This document shows, piece by piece, positions 1-13,141 of a stretch of 64,000 nucleotides of DNA. The stretch covers positions 98,232 through 162,231 of the forward strand of contig NMRA01000296.1 in NCBI GenBank assembly GCA_002633005.1. Reading direction: 5' to 3'. Position 1 is the stretch's first letter. Every line of letters begins with the position of its first letter. This DNA comes from Phoronis australis (taxonomy: Eukaryota; Animalia; Phoronida). A program made the translations under genes and the position numbers. Under the pieces are notes generated by a model. The model was not told where the DNA came from. It saw only the letters and a list, made by a program, of their open reading frames with translations, and did not search any database.

Positions 1-906
1 GACCCTCGGTGAATGAAGCGCATACAGTTCCTTTCTAAACAATTGGTCTAAAAGTATGTCATTAATATGTCACCTTTCTGGAAATCTGGTGTCTTCATTT
101 TTGTCAATTGAGTACTTGCACTAAAAGACTTTGACAGAAAGTCGTATGCTGTAATAGCGTTTTATTTATAGGCTTGGGAATTTTGAAAAATCAAAAAATG
201 AAATCTTACCTCTCCTTTACGTTCTTGGATTTCTGTACAGTAACTCACATCATTCAGGTAACCGCGCATGTCACGCTCACAAAAAATTGAAATAATGTTA
301 AAAATGTTCTTTATGAACAAGATAAGGAAAACAAATAACTTAATTTCAAAAAAGTAGACCCACTTGTATAATCAAAGCTGTAACACCTAATTAATAATTA
401 ATAATTAATAATTTGTCTCAACATTTTGGTGTTACCTGTGTTTGTGTTTGCTTTAGTTGCGTTGATAATTGTTGTTTGGACCCAAATTTAAACTCGACGT
501 CCGAAGGCCACGAGTGACAGTTTCCTCGACAATACTAACACGTCAATCGTGATAGCTGATAAAAGGCCGTTGAAGGCTGAAGAATGAAATTGGCGTGAAC
601 AATATCGCCTAGGTAGACATGTTTGCGACTTTAATTTCCTACGTAAATGAAACAGGGAAAAGCTTGCGTTGTGTACAATTGGTGGCAAACATGTAGATAC
701 AAGAACTATTGTTAACTGAATATAGCTCAAAATGTTAGAACTGCATTTACGGTATTCAGTACTAATAGCGCGCGTACAAAAACAACGTTTTGAGGCGCTA
801 AAGGTTTCGGTAAGTATTCCCATCATTCTCAGACGCAGTATTTGTTTGTTACATTGTTTGTTGTTATTGTAGAGGGACATTATTGGTACTTCAGACAAAA
901 ACATTT

Positions 907-1012
907 ATTTGCTTTCACCAAAGCTATAAAAAACAAAATCCGTTGAGTGTTTTTGTGATTTTGTTACAAATCGTCAAATCTCGCCGTTGTCCAACAGACG
1001 TTCGCTGAAATC
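907..1012. repeat. Dispersed repeat; inverted copy at about 8694-8798
   Basis: atttgctttcacca...aacaaaatccg...tctcgccgttgtc...ctgaaatca is the diverged reverse complement of tgatttcag...gacaacggcgaga...cggattttgtt...tggtaaaagcaaat. Confidence 0.7.
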
Positions 1013-4000
1013 ACGGCGACAGAGCGTTAATTCAGCTGCTATTGTGAAGTTAGTGGCTTCGATTTTTGAGTTACTGATTCTGCAATATTACTTATAACGC
1101 CGGACATGTCTCCTTAAGACTGATCTGATCATGACGCATAAGCAATTTGCGCTAACGATCTCCCTTCCTCGTTGCTACCACCCCCCAGCCACCCCACCCC
1201 TGCCCCCTCCCCCTCCTCTTTCTTTTCTACGAGCTGCATTTCATTTCTCACCAACTGAAATTCAATTCCTTTCTCACGTACCGCAACAACATTGTTTTTA
1301 CATTCTTGCAAACAGTCTGTTCTTTGACTTTATGAAATATAACATAAAACGGAACATGGGCCTATCCGTGCAGTTTGTGGAAATAAATTACGAAATGTAT
1401 TTGTTTTCCATGCCTCAAATCTTAAAGGACGCGAAAGCTCGTCAAAAATATCTTGTAAATTCCTGATGAAAGTATCATCTTGCAACGTCTAGTACAGAGT
1501 AATTCATTTTCCCTTCTGAGAACATTTCCTGAAAAATCACAAAATTCACTATGTTTGAAATACGCCCGAAGGAAAAACTCTGTGGTTACTGCAAAGTTTC
1601 TGATCTCCCTCCCGCTGATGATAAAAGCGCCCACAGTCAGTTGCTTGAAGTCGCTTGCGGTCAAAGGTCACATTTTCCTTATAAGGGGAAACGTTTTACG
1701 TCTATGTCTTTCCATACCAAATAGGAGACGTGCTTTCCCTTGTGGGAGAAAAATCGACGAAGAGTCGAGCAGTTTTCAGATCTTTCTTTTGAAATTTGAA
1801 ACTAAAAGAAAATGCTTTGATATCAACATAAATTAAACATCTTTACGAACAAACCCTGAAAATACCTGCTGAGCAGGTTAAATTCTGATTCAGTGGTAGA
1901 AACCACTTTCAATATTGCAATTTAGTCAGTTCATCGCATTCCAGGCCTCTTTAACGTTTGATTTGGGAGGCGTTTTGTGCACCAGGTTCTCTAATTTTGA
2001 AAGAAATTAACACGAAATTATTGGGGGAGTACATCATGTTTGGGTAATAAAATGCGGCACACGAGAAAAGAATTGGGTTCGCAAGAACTACATTGCCGTT
2101 CACCAGAAAAGAATACAGCTCGTGAAAAAATAAGAATTTTGTCAAATCTGCGCGATTTTTTTGTTGACAGTAAATCGTCGGGTCATTGAACTAGCACACA
2201 TTATCTAATTTTGTCGGGATCCAGCGCATACTAAATGATTATTGGTCAGGAAGTCTCAAGATTTTTCTTGACGACAAATAGCCATGTTATTCAACCAGCA
2301 CACACAATGCAATTTTTGACGTTGCAGCCAGTGCACACGATACGATTTTTTATCAGCAACTAAAAATCGTTGTCGTCATCGCTGTTCCTTCGGCAACTTA
2401 TTCTACATCTTAAGACTCGCACGAAATAGCAGCTCCGCGTCGTAACGCCAGGGGCCTTTTTGAAGTTGTGTCTACTGGCAGGGGGTGACCGGGGTGAAAA
2501 CTGAGATGATCTGGGGTAGTTGGAATTACTACGTCATCCAGATTTTTAAAAGTTTAGGAATGACCAAACAGCAGTAATGAGACACTGTCAAAACGAAGGT
2601 CAATAATTACGATTCGTGTCTATTTGTAACAGTGTTTGTGATCAAGTATCAAAGGTGCTAATGGGCGCGGAACAAGATGACATTTCGCATTCCAAACCGT
2701 TGTTGCCATGGTTACGCCATGCTTACGTGTGATAGTGTACGCCTATTGTAACACAACTGACGGCGTGGTCGTGGTTGATGTACAGATTTTACAGCAATGT
2801 TGCCAGACAAATAAAGAAATTTAGGAATTTGGGGTGGTTAAATGGCAAAATAAAAATGAATACATGGGCGCGTTCCAGTACTTTGGCTAAAACAGTGTCA
2901 CAGTCATTCGGGCATTATAGCTGGAGCCCTACACGTTTTACTTTTAATGCCCCAGTGAGAATCCTGCCTCTTCTTGGAGTCGCTCCTTTCTTTACACTAC
3001 TTACTTGAAGCAGTAACGCTCTGGTCTTAAACAACAGATAGATTAACAAGACGAATTATTTAAATTAATGAGGATAAACTTTTCCCGAATTCAGGAAACA
3101 AGAGTATAAGGGAGCATTTTTACCATTGTGGCGATCTTGCTAAAACTTCGGAAGTACAAGAAATATCGGCTTCGCCTTTCGAATGACATTCCCATAATTT
3201 CGCTTATATTTGTTGCAGAAAGTCACATGTATGTAATAGGAAACATATCAAGTGAATGTTGTGCATGTGCTAGAGAATACTTGACAGGTTTTGTTTTTTA
3301 CCAATTCCATGAAATGAACCTCAGAGATTTTCTTCGAGTCAAAACTGTTTTGGTTTTCAGGTTATTTGAATGCTAGCCATATTTTGTACTCAAAGTGCAT
3401 TATTGGTTTTGCGACAGAAAACGCATTTTTGGGGGATTATTGTTAGATGGGATAGAAAGGAAGTCGTTAGCTTTGTTCAGAGTCGTGTATATTTTATCAC
3501 CGAACGCCAATTTTCGTCGTTGTCTGCCAGACGTTTACTAAACCCAATGACTCTACCGGTTGAAACACGTAATATGCTTTAATTGTCGTCTAGAGAGTGA
3601 GGCTTAGCTCCTCCAGCACGGCGGTAGACTGCCACCACGGAGCTCACGGATTCGATTCTGCGCTGAGAGTGATCTCAGAAAGTCCCTTTGTTGGCCGATA
3701 ATGTCTCTTCAGGAGCATGTTGCGGTGGGGGCCATAGCCCGCCCTAAAACTCTCCCAGATTCAATTTGGCAGTTCGGGGGTGTGGATATCTGAAGGGCAA
3801 AATCCTGGCTAGTACTCTGCCCTGCCCCCCTGACTAAAAATCCTGGATCCGACCCTGTGTTGCATTTGCGCACAATGGAGTTTTGGGAGATCTTGAAAAG
3901 CAGATGACCAAGTCGGGCGTGGCCACACTTTTTATCTTATTTTATTTTTTTCTTCAATTGTTATCGTTCACACTTAGATGACTTTTTAGGCTTAGACTTT

Positions 4001-4534
4001 CCGTCGGTGAGTTGCTCCGATGCAGAACTAAATCCTGAACGCGGTGGTAGTGCGTGGTTTCTAATAATCTTGAGGAAACTTCTCGAGCATAATAAGTTTT
4101 CAAAAATGTTCACGTGACAGCTTGTCCTTTTTATTAAAATTCCTTCAAACGATAAGAAACCAACTTGTACATAGTGTTGACTAGAGCAATAGTACGTATG
4201 TTCAAAGTTTGTAGGTTTGAAACAAAGTAATAATTATCCCACCAGTGTTAATTGCTAGTGTGGATACGTTTTGTGGATACTTTTTGTAAAATGTGTTTTA
4301 ATACAGAATTTTAATATCAAACGTACAGAAATTACACGTCCACTTGTGAATTCTGACACTCGTGAGCAATTATATCTAACACTTACACGTGATTGGTTTA
4401 AAAGTTCCATAATTAGATGATTACGTGAAATCGTTAACGTTGGACAGCAAATGAGATTCCAGCGTCGTTAATATTTAGTAGAGGTTTCTTCCACCATCCG
4501 GACATCCGAATCTCACACCTGTGAAAGCTGAAGC

Positions 4535-4671
4535 ATGTATAGCGAGAACAGCGTGCGTAAAATGACGCCTGTGTCTCACTGGCAAGAAACTTGTAACGCC
4601 ACAGCCGTGAAAACATTACCCACTCCGACGTTTACAGAAAATGGCTTGCAAATGAGGCCTGCGTGCAAGAG
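4535..4671 (+). CDS. Candidate first coding exon of the PEA3-family ETS gene (MYSENSVRKMTPVSHWQETC...MRPACKR)
   Basis: ATG at 4535 just after an in-frame TGA (4529-4531); open to an AG|GTACGT donor (GT at 4672); phase 2 joins in frame to exon 6737. No homology recognised, so support is structural only. Confidence 0.45.
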
Positions 4672-4997
4672 GTACGTTCCTGAAACATTATGTGTTTTCG
4701 TGTAATTTAGTCGATCAATACTTACACCCCGAAAGTTGGATAAAAAACTCTTGGTAACGAATCTAGTCTAAAATTGTGCCAATGGTCACATGCTTCCTGG
4801 GGATCTCCAGGATCGTTCGTTGTAATAGAGTCGCACATAGAACACGTAAAAAGATTGCAAGCATAGTTAATTTTGATAAAGAGTAACGCAGTGGAAATTT
4901 GAAATCTCCTTGTGCATTCATAGAATGCTCGTAGTTTCGATCTCTTGTCTTGTAGATCTCGAAGAGTAATTTTATTAGAAAATTGGAAAAAGTGACA

Positions 4998-5247
4998 CGT
5001 GCACGCACCCAGGGGGCTCGGGGTGCTCGGGAGGCTCGAACGACCTCCCCCCCCCCTCCATTTAGCGAAGTAGGCAAAAAGGTCCGCCTCAGAGAAATAA
5101 AATGTCCGAGAAAACGAGACAAATTCGACGCGAATGCGCAATTCATAGGTCTGAGCGTAGTATTTCGTTTATTTTTTTAGTCCCCCTCTTTTATTTCAGT
5201 AAAAGGTACACGTACTGAAAAATTCACGCCTCCCGGGTTCGCGCGCG
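4998..5247 (+). mobile_element. MITE family A copy (degenerate)
   Basis: Colinear with 12888-13141 (gcacccagggggctcgggg...tcgaacgacctcccc...gcgaagtaggcaaaaagg...cagtaaaaggtacac); degenerate inverted termini; no TSD seen. Confidence 0.75.
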
Positions 5248-6736
5248 TTTTGCTCCGTAACAACGAATTTACGACTACTTAAATATGATGTTTGTTTTTA
5301 ACACACCAAACTCCTCCATTGGCGTTTCCCAAGCTCGTCAAAATATGTTTTAAATTGTATTTTGAGCGCTGTCTTGGAAATATCACTAATGCCTTGGTAC
5401 ATCTCTTTTCGTGCTGTTGTGAGTACCGAATGGTTTTGACGGTCACAAAAAACGGGGTTGGGAAATGAGGCAAGTTGACACTTTTTGTGTTCCGTGGTTA
5501 TTCTGTGATCGTAATGGAACAACGGTGTAGATTGTCCAATCGACAACATTTCCAAAAATCCTCCAAAGCCAACTAATGGTATTCTATCCCAAAATCACGG
5601 TGCGATGCTTTGTACGTTGTTAATGACAGGAGATAGGCTACTGTTCATCGAGATCTGTCGGACATTTTGACACTGAAAGAAGGGTAGTTTTGATGTTTCT
5701 TATGTCAATGTTTTTGATACTGGAAAGTAGACCAATGTCTGTAACAAAATTTCACCTTCTAAAAGTGCGAAAAAATGACGTTTCTTTGGTGTGGCGGCAG
5801 TGTCAGTAAATTACGAAGCAAATTTCCTGCACAAAGATGTCCAATTAAGTAAGGTGCAAGTTGCATCGTTAATGGAGAATAATTATCGCTTATTTAAATA
5901 GGCTATTTAACCGTACTAAGGTTCAGGTGTGGGCTAAAAATGCGTTGTTGTGCAACTGAAAACATGCGCAGTTTATGGTAAAAAATTCCCAGAGACCACT
6001 GTGCGCCAGTCAAAATTGAAACGAAGGCTTGAGTGATTTGAAATATTTGTTCAGTCAAGCGTTCCAATGGCTTGAAATGAATACCGCGACATCTCGTTGT
6101 AAAGAACTTGGTAACTTAGGTAAATAAATAAATGAAGCGCAGTGAAAACACCCCTCTTCCAAAATACATGAAAATTAGAATGTTTCCGAAACTCGAACGC
6201 AAATATGAGAAATTAGCGAAATATTTTAATGCTAAGATTGGAATATTCTGCTGGTACGAATTCAGTTACTGAATTTCCATTCTGTCCTATTCTACTGTAT
6301 TGTATTGTATTTTTTCCCTGCTCACATTGAACAGAGAAATTATCTAAACTAAAATACTATTCACAAAAATTACAAAGTGTGAGCGGAATATAAAAAATTA
6401 TAAAAACAGCTGCTGCGGGTTAAATTTGATGAGAAATAATTTCTACTTACATATGAACAATAGTGGGTTTTGGCCATGATGAGAGGTCACTCAACTGGAA
6501 TGTTGGAGTATACAAGATGGAGTTGTGGTAGATCGTTGTCAGTTGTCACATTCAATGTCATGTACTGTGATGTGAAGTGAAGTGGACATTCTGTTACGGT
6601 ATTCTGTTCTATTGTACCTGAGGATGATGTTTGCCAAAAATCGAAACGTCGGTCTCGCTGCACTCTAGCGTTGTTTTTGTTTTCAAACATATGAACACAC
6701 CGATTTTCTGAATATCGTGTCATGTTTTTGTTGCAG

Positions 6737-6987
6737 GGACACAACTGACCACACGCCATTTCAAGCATCTCACGCCGGTGAATCAGAAAATTTCGTTACT
6801 GTGAAGTCGGAAAGGCCCTGTTCCTACCGCGGGAACTGCGACTTTGCACCCCCGGTATATCCCTGCGCGACCCAACTTAAAGTTGAAAACAAACCAAATT
6901 ACCACGTTGGTTACACCGCTGCAAGACCGAGAGAAAGCCACTGTTGCTATGACAACACGGAACAAGAGGTCAAGGAATCCAAACTAG
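6737..6987 (+). CDS. Internal exon of the PEA3-family ETS gene (region N-terminal to the ETS domain)
   Basis: TTTTTGTTGCAG acceptor and G|GTAAAT donor; phase-1 end joins in frame to 9662. Encodes VKSE and LKVE, which are psi-K-x-E SUMO consensus sites typical of PEA3 proteins. Confidence 0.75.
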
Positions 6988-8364
6988 GTAAATCCTTTTA
7001 TAACATTTGAAAAGATATAAAAAAGAAAGGGTGACTCCCAATTACATATGGATACAGGTTTAAGTTAGAATGGGGAATTCATATTCTTCATGTAAATCAA
7101 GATTGGTATTTTGAGAGACCATTCTGATAGCGCTTATTTTTCTATTTGTCAATATCAAAAATACACCGATCACGCGCTTAAAAAATATTCAGTTTTCATA
7201 TGAAAAATTGCAGCTCCCAAAGACGAGACCCAGAGTTGCAAAAATGCACTTGCTGCCATTTAAGGTTGCGCAGGACCCTAAAAAACGTCCAAATTTGGCT
7301 TTGGAACATCACATCTCAGAAATGGCTGATCGGATTAATAGGAACGTTCAGATACTGGGATTTATGCATTGTTCTCTAAAATACTTTTAGGATTTGTTTT
7401 TAAAATGTTTCACTTTTGCAAAACGCAAGACGTATCAAACGAAAACGATATGATAATTTAGAAAGCTTACATTGTTCTTGATATTTCATCTTGAACATTT
7501 GCATCAGATGAAATTTGGTCATGTTAACGAATCCGTAACATACTTTGATTATCCTTTTTTGCTAAGGCCTGGTCCAGTGACCTAATTAATAGCAAATTGA
7601 TATAAAGTTGAATATCAAATGCCAAAGGCTTTCTTCTTTCAGAAAGTTTTGTTGAAAACACGACTAAACTTTTATTAGATATTTATTATCATTGATAAAC
7701 AAGTACAAAAACAAACAAACAAATAAGTACATCCACTCATTCACGCATGCGCACCTCAGGAAAGACCATTCTCATATCTCTTATAAAGTAAACACGACTG
7801 CTACATGGAGTTAACGTGAACTATATAATTTTTCCATTTCCCAGAGAAGCTGTCATATACAAAATGTTTATATGCAATTGATTTTTTAGCATTGTAGTAC
7901 TCATAAGTATATGTAAAAAAACTTGTGAATATTAGGTATATTTTTGTGACATATCTTCTTGTAAATGTACTGTTTGGCTAGCAATAGCAAAATGTTAAAT
8001 AAGAACTGAATCCAACTTTTCAAGGGCATTTGTGACCCCAAATCCCACCACAGACTTCGTTTGTCTGTGATCTGTGTTCCTACAACTTAAGTCGATTTTT
8101 TTCTGACCGACGGCAAAAATGTACGGATACAATTATAACATGTCAAGTTTTTTTTTGCTGCGTGTCCGCTAGCGGACAGGCAAGGAACCAGCGACGGTTT
8201 TTTGATGCAACAGTCGAGTCAATGACCAAGACAGACATTTCACGCATGGCTTGCCTGCAGTAATGTATTTTTCAGTGGACAAATATCAGTTCTGTCAAAT
8301 GGACGTAAAATGTGGTTTTCCAGTATCTTAGCATTTTGTATAAACATTTTTGTCAGTTCAGTAC

Positions 8365-8520
8365 CAGTGCTGTAGTGGGGCGTAGGCGCACGTAGGCGCA
8401 GCTAACCACCTTTTGGCATTTGAACGTAGCGCCTACGCACCGTAAGTAACGTTCAGTGCTCAAGGTGATACCATGGGCTTTGTGCGCCTACTTACCTCTA
8501 ATTTTACCACTACAGCACTA
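8365..8520. mobile_element. hAT-type MITE (156 bp)
   Basis: 14-bp TIRs CAGTGCTGTAGTGG / CCACTACAGCACTA (1 mismatch) flanked by a perfect 8-bp TSD TTCAGTAC (8357-8364 and 8521-8528). Confidence 0.88.
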
Positions 8521-8638
8521 TTCAGTACGTCAAAAGTGACATTATCGGCGATGATTTTCTGAGTCCACCTCAGCGCGGATTCGAACCTGCAGTCCAACGC
8601 CCTGCTGATGAAGCTAAACCCCGTTTGATGAATGGCAG

Positions 8639-8676
8639 AGTATCTTAAGCGTATTTTTAAATACGCTTAAGATACT
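8639..8676. repeat. Perfect 18-bp inverted repeat with a 2-nt spacer
   Basis: AGTATCTTAAGCGTATTT-TT-AAATACGCTTAAGATACT. Confidence 0.9.
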
Positions 8677-9661
8677 GGTTAAGTCACCTGTCTTGATTTC
8701 AGTGAATGTATGGCAGACAACGGCGAGAACTGGCGATTTGCAATAAAATCGCAAAGCACAGCGGATTTTGTTGTTCTATACCTCTGGTAAAAGCAAATCA
8801 CTTCAAGAATCCAACACTAATCTCAAAAACTTGTTTTTGGCAGTAAAACCGATAATCAAGAAGATGATTGAAAATCGCTTATTAAAAATATTATATTGTT
8901 CTTCTTTGATCAACTATCGTTTTCGTGGCAATTAGCCTATGTTATTTTTATTTATCATAGTGACATGAATTCACCAGTGAACATAGGTAACTAATTAAAC
9001 GTAAAAATACGAGACAAACCCAATGTCACGTGAGCATGCAAGTCATCGTATCAACATTTGTGTACAGACAGCCAATACAATTTTACTTAACTTCAACTTA
9101 TTTTCTCTTTTTTGACTTCGTGATTCCGAGACATTGATGATACACAAAATAGAATTTACTCTTACGTATGAGATAAATCGTTTATTGTTCTTGCTGTTCA
9201 CAACATCATAGCATGAGATTGTATTCTTATATTATGTTTTGATGAGCAAGAAGGATTAACGCAAAGCTGTGTTTCGCCCTGTGGCTGAAACGAGTATCGA
9301 ATTAGGCCTTTACTCTCATAAAATCTGTTTCGTAATATTCCTTATAGTGACATGATACTATTTTCGTTACCAACAAGAACATTCGAGCAAACGCGTCAGA
9401 GTTCGCCAACCCTAAAATTGCAAAATCGAAAATGCACATTGCCTGTGACTTGATTTGCTTGTTCATTCGACAATAATTAAAAACCTGGTGAGCGCAGTAA
9501 TGTTTATAAGCCCAAAGTGCGTAGGTTGAGAGTTCAACCTTGACAGCTAAACAGGGATAAAATTCAGCTTGAATTGATTCAAAATAGAAAACGATTTCGT
9601 AAATATCGTATAACTATTAACATGTTTATGCACTTTCACACGTTATTGTGTCAATTTTCAG

Positions 9662-9858
9662 TTGACGTAAAGGTGCGGCCATTTTACTCGTCAAGATGTT
9701 TCCCGTCGGACTACCCGATATACTTCCCCCTATATCAGAGACGCGGATCCATGCAACTGTGGCAGTTTCTTATTACTTTGCTGGATGACCCTTCGAGCAC
9801 GCAATGCATAGCGTGGACTGGGCGTGGCATGGAATTCAAGCTACTTGACCCTGAAGAG
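9662..9858 (+). CDS. PEA3-subfamily ETS transcription factor (ETV1/ETV4/ETV5-like), first half of the ETS domain
   Basis: PLYQRRGSMQLWQFLITLLDDPSSTQCIAWTGRGMEFKLLDPEE closely matches the ETV1/4/5 YQRRGSLQLWQFL...AWTGRGMEFKLIEPEE segment; TTTTCAG acceptor, GAG|GTAATG donor. Confidence 0.95.
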
Positions 9859-10197
9859 GTAATGGAAAAAACAAAAAAACAAGGGTCTTTCCCCATCCTC
9901 GCTATCATGCCTCTCTCACCCCTTCCCTCAACCCTGACAGCTGATCAACCGCTGGGGTTGTTTTTGTTGAATTTATATGAAATTGGTAATTTTAAGCATT
10001 TTAATGCTCATATGTATCAGATTTTGTTATATTATGTTAGGTGTTTCGTTGACAACCGATTAGAGGAATGATTGGCAATTTCACATTATGAAAAACATAG
10101 AAATTTACGTTTTCTATATCGTTAACCTGTCCTGTGTTGTGTTTTCTAGATTCTTTATGGTATCATACCTATTATTATGAAGTTTAAAGTAACTATA

Positions 10198-10706
10198 CAG
10201 GGGCAGATCTAGGATTTTGAGTTGGGGGGCACGGCACAGGAATAAACAGTATTTCACCACGTGTGCGCGTCCAGCCTAAAGCGTAGGAATGGAGGGATCT
10301 CGAAATTTTGGGTTTGTGGACCTTATTCATGCGCGCACCCAGCCTTCGATATGGGGGCGCTCGAATTCCCGACGTTGTGGACCATTCGCTAACAAAAGAG
10401 CGGGCGGACTAAAAAAAACTGGAGGACCTCTGTGTACGTATTGCGACTTTGCGCTTATTTAGTGGACTTTTTTCCCATTTTCTCGGGGGCGGACCTTTTT
10501 GCCCACTTCGCCANGCATGTTATTACTAAAAAAAACCGGTAAACGGGGTTTGTTCAAGGCCTATGCTTTGTGAATTCGCCCCCCCGAGCCCCCCTGGGTG
10601 CGCGCATATGCTAGTCAGCAATTCGCACCCCCAACTGCCAAATGGTACCTGGGAGAATTTTAGGGGGGGCACGGCCCCCTTGCCCTCCTCCCTAAATCCA
10701 TCACTG
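10198..10706. mobile_element. MITE family B with a nested, reverse-oriented family A copy (about 10328-10607)
   Basis: Termini CAGGGGCAGATCTAGG / CCTAAATCCATCACTG are imperfect TIRs with a 5-bp flanking duplication CTATA (10193-10197, 10707-10711). Internal catgcgcgcacccag...ctgggtgcgcgcat. Contains an 'n' at 10514. A related terminus (aaaatcctggatccgaccctg) lies at about 3837-3857. Confidence 0.75.
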
Positions 10707-10991
10707 CTATATCAGAAACTAACATATGATTCAGACCAGAACGAGAATGGTTTCCGTGCCAGGAAGGAAGAACAGACAGTTCGGTAATGCACTAGATCAT
10801 GCTCCGTGCTCAAACTAACCAACAGTGACAAGTTAGCTCAATCACCGAGACTCGTCTCTACGCAATAACGAACCTCTTTCCCAACCCATGGAACGAGTAG
10901 GGAAAAAGTCAAGGGCATTTTACTGTCAAACTTTGTGAATTACAGAAATTTTCATTTCGTAGACTACAGAACGAATGTTGTAATTTTACAG

Positions 10992-11549
10992 GTGGCAAGG
11001 CGGTGGGGTATACAAAAAAATCGCCCGGCAATGAACTATGACAAACTCAGTCGTTCTCTGCGCTACTACTACGAGAAGGGCATCATGCAGAAGGTTGCAG
11101 GAGAAAGATACGTCTACAGATTTGTCTGTGACCCGCAAGCGCTATTCGCGTTGGCCTATCCTGACAGATTGCGCCCCATGTTAAAGTGCGATAAGGACGG
11201 CAACCCGTATTATCAGAACCCGGTGCGTCAAATCGTGACAGATAGATTCGCTTGCCCATCTGAGAAAAGTCGGCCGACCGTGGCGTCATCTGGCGTCAAC
11301 ATGCATCCGTGTACGGAAGAACCCGTTTATTTACGTAATAAAATGTATTGGGAGCCAACGAGACAAGGAGCGAACACACACGCAAGCTATGAGCCAAGTA
11401 GACCAAAAGGCGAGCCAAGATTTGACAGTGGTGACCTCCTCGAATCGACAGTAGATAGAACTTATCTTGGCGGCCAATCATTTTCAGCGTGTTTGCAGTT
11501 CCCACCATCACAAAATCACGAGCATTGGTCCCACGGACATGCTTTTTGA
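10992..11549 (+). CDS. PEA3-subfamily ETS transcription factor, terminal exon (second half of ETS domain plus C-tail)
   Basis: [52 protein letters not shown] is the PEA3 signature; TTTTACAG acceptor, phase 0, TGA stop ending at 11549. The four-exon model is 1143 nt (380 aa). Confidence 0.96.
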   Translation: MARRWGIQKNRPAMNYDKLSRSLRYYYEKGIMQKVAGERYVYRFVCDPQALFALAYPDRLRPMLKCDKDGNPYYQNPVRQIVTDRFACPSEKSRPTVASSGVNMHPCTEEPVYLRNKMYWEPTRQGANTHASYEPSRPKGEPRFDSGDLLESTVDRTYLGGQSFSACLQFPPSQNHEHWSHGHAF

Positions 11550-12008
11550 CATTCATAAACCTTAAATGGACAATGAACTCAATGCCAGCCTATTAACTGG
11601 AATTAAAGAGACGTTTCGCCGTCGCTTAGCTATCAATGTTGAGCTGCTAACCACCGAAGCTCTTTGGGGGTACAAAAACATTATCGCGCTCATCCGATCT
11701 TGGGTGTTGCCGAATGAGCCTGCAAGTACTCTAACAAAAAGAGAATTTTGCCACTAGCTCGATTTCGTTTTTTTTTTTTTTTGTTAGTTCAGAGAGAAAT
11801 GGACTGTAAATAACGCTTTGGTCTCGAAAATCTTTAGAATAAGATATCCCGGCTTTTCTAAACTCGCCAACATTCAAAAGTTTGGCCAAAAGCGAGTTTG
11901 AAACTCCTTTACAAAAATCTCAGTGCCAAATCGTGAAGCGTGTCTAACCTTTTGCGCGAATTATTCGGCAATTGGGCGGGAAATGATCGTTCATATCGAA
12001 CCATAAAT

Positions 12009-12213
12009 AGCGTCCGGACAGCCCTCAAACCTAGCGACAACTCGCTCTATCACTAACTTGTTCAAGGTTTTTAGTCTGTGTGTTTTGACGGCACTTAAGT
12101 TATTACAAGTGGGGTAAGTTGCACTAGTTTACAAAGCGTCCAGACAGCACTCAAGCCTAGCGACAACTCGTTCCAGGAGTAACCTGTTCTAGTTTAAGTC
12201 TGTGGACGGCACT
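12009..12213 (+). repeat. Diverged direct duplication in the putative ETS 3' UTR
   Basis: agcgtcc(g/a)gacagc(c/a)ctcaa(a/g)cctagcgacaactcg...agtctgtg...gacggcact occurs at 12009-12095 and 12135-12213. Confidence 0.8.
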
Positions 12214-12600
12214 CTGAAGACATGGGAGGTACCAATGTCATGACAGCAGGCTGGTATCACTACCAACTTTGGGTGAAATCACCATTCAGTATTCAGTTGA
12301 TAACGAAATGGCTAGGCACAAGAATTTGTTTCGTGTCCCTTAGCGTACAGTCCGATTTGATGACGTATCGTAACGTAAAGCTATTACGCGTTTTATCTTG
12401 ACAGTTTTCCACCGTATTGGTTCCCACTTTCATAGGGGTGATAATTTGTTAAACCTAACTACACACGACATCCCTAAAAATTTTTCGCCTCTGATTTAAG
12501 AGTTAAACGCCGGGTTTGAGCAATTGTGAGTTTTCTTATGTTGTGTCAATTGTATACTAGATTAAACAATTAAATTGGTCCTAGAAATGTAAATTTGAAT

Positions 12601-12606
12601 AATAAA
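12601..12606 (+). terminator. Candidate polyadenylation signal of the ETS gene
   Basis: AATAAA about 1.05 kb after the stop, followed by a T/GT-rich tract. Confidence 0.35.
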
Positions 12607-12887
12607 TTAGCTCACAAAATTCTCTTTTTTACTGTTGCGTACACAACTTTCATCCACCACGCAACCTTTCGATGACGTCGGAGACAGAAGAAGAAACATA
12701 AAAAAATGAGAATTGAATATACATGTATATTTTTAGTAGAAAACTTACATTCACCCTACAGTGAGAGAACAACTCCACTAATTATTTAAAGGGGCGAGTC
12801 CTTTAAACTCACAATCTAAAATACAAAATATGAAGCAAGTTTCTCAAAATAGAACTATGTCTCAAGCCTTTTCGAATCATGATAAAT

Positions 12888-13141
12888 CATGCGCGCACTC
12901 AGGAGGGCTCGGGGGGATCGAACGAGACCTCCCCATTTGGCGAAGTGGGCGAAAAGGGCACCTCTGAGAAACAAAAGTCCTAAAAAGTATAAAACGCGAC
13001 AATGTTCTACTAAAAAGGCAGGAATTCAGCGAATGAACAATTCATAGCTCTGAACGTACCCCGTTTTTTGTTTTTTTTTAGTAAAAGGCCCACATACTCA
13101 AAAATTCGAGCCCCCCTATTTTTAGGCTGGGTGCGCGCATG
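12888..13141 (+). mobile_element. MITE family A, intact copy
   Basis: TIRs CATGCGCGCACTCAG / CTGGGTGCGCGCATG with a 5-bp flanking duplication TAAAT (12883-12887, 13142-13146); three copies in the window. Confidence 0.85.

Noticed and set aside
488-3582. Assorted 60-140 aa ORFs at the window start
   Set aside because: No recognisable domains or consistent splice phases; they overlap repeat-like AT-rich DNA.
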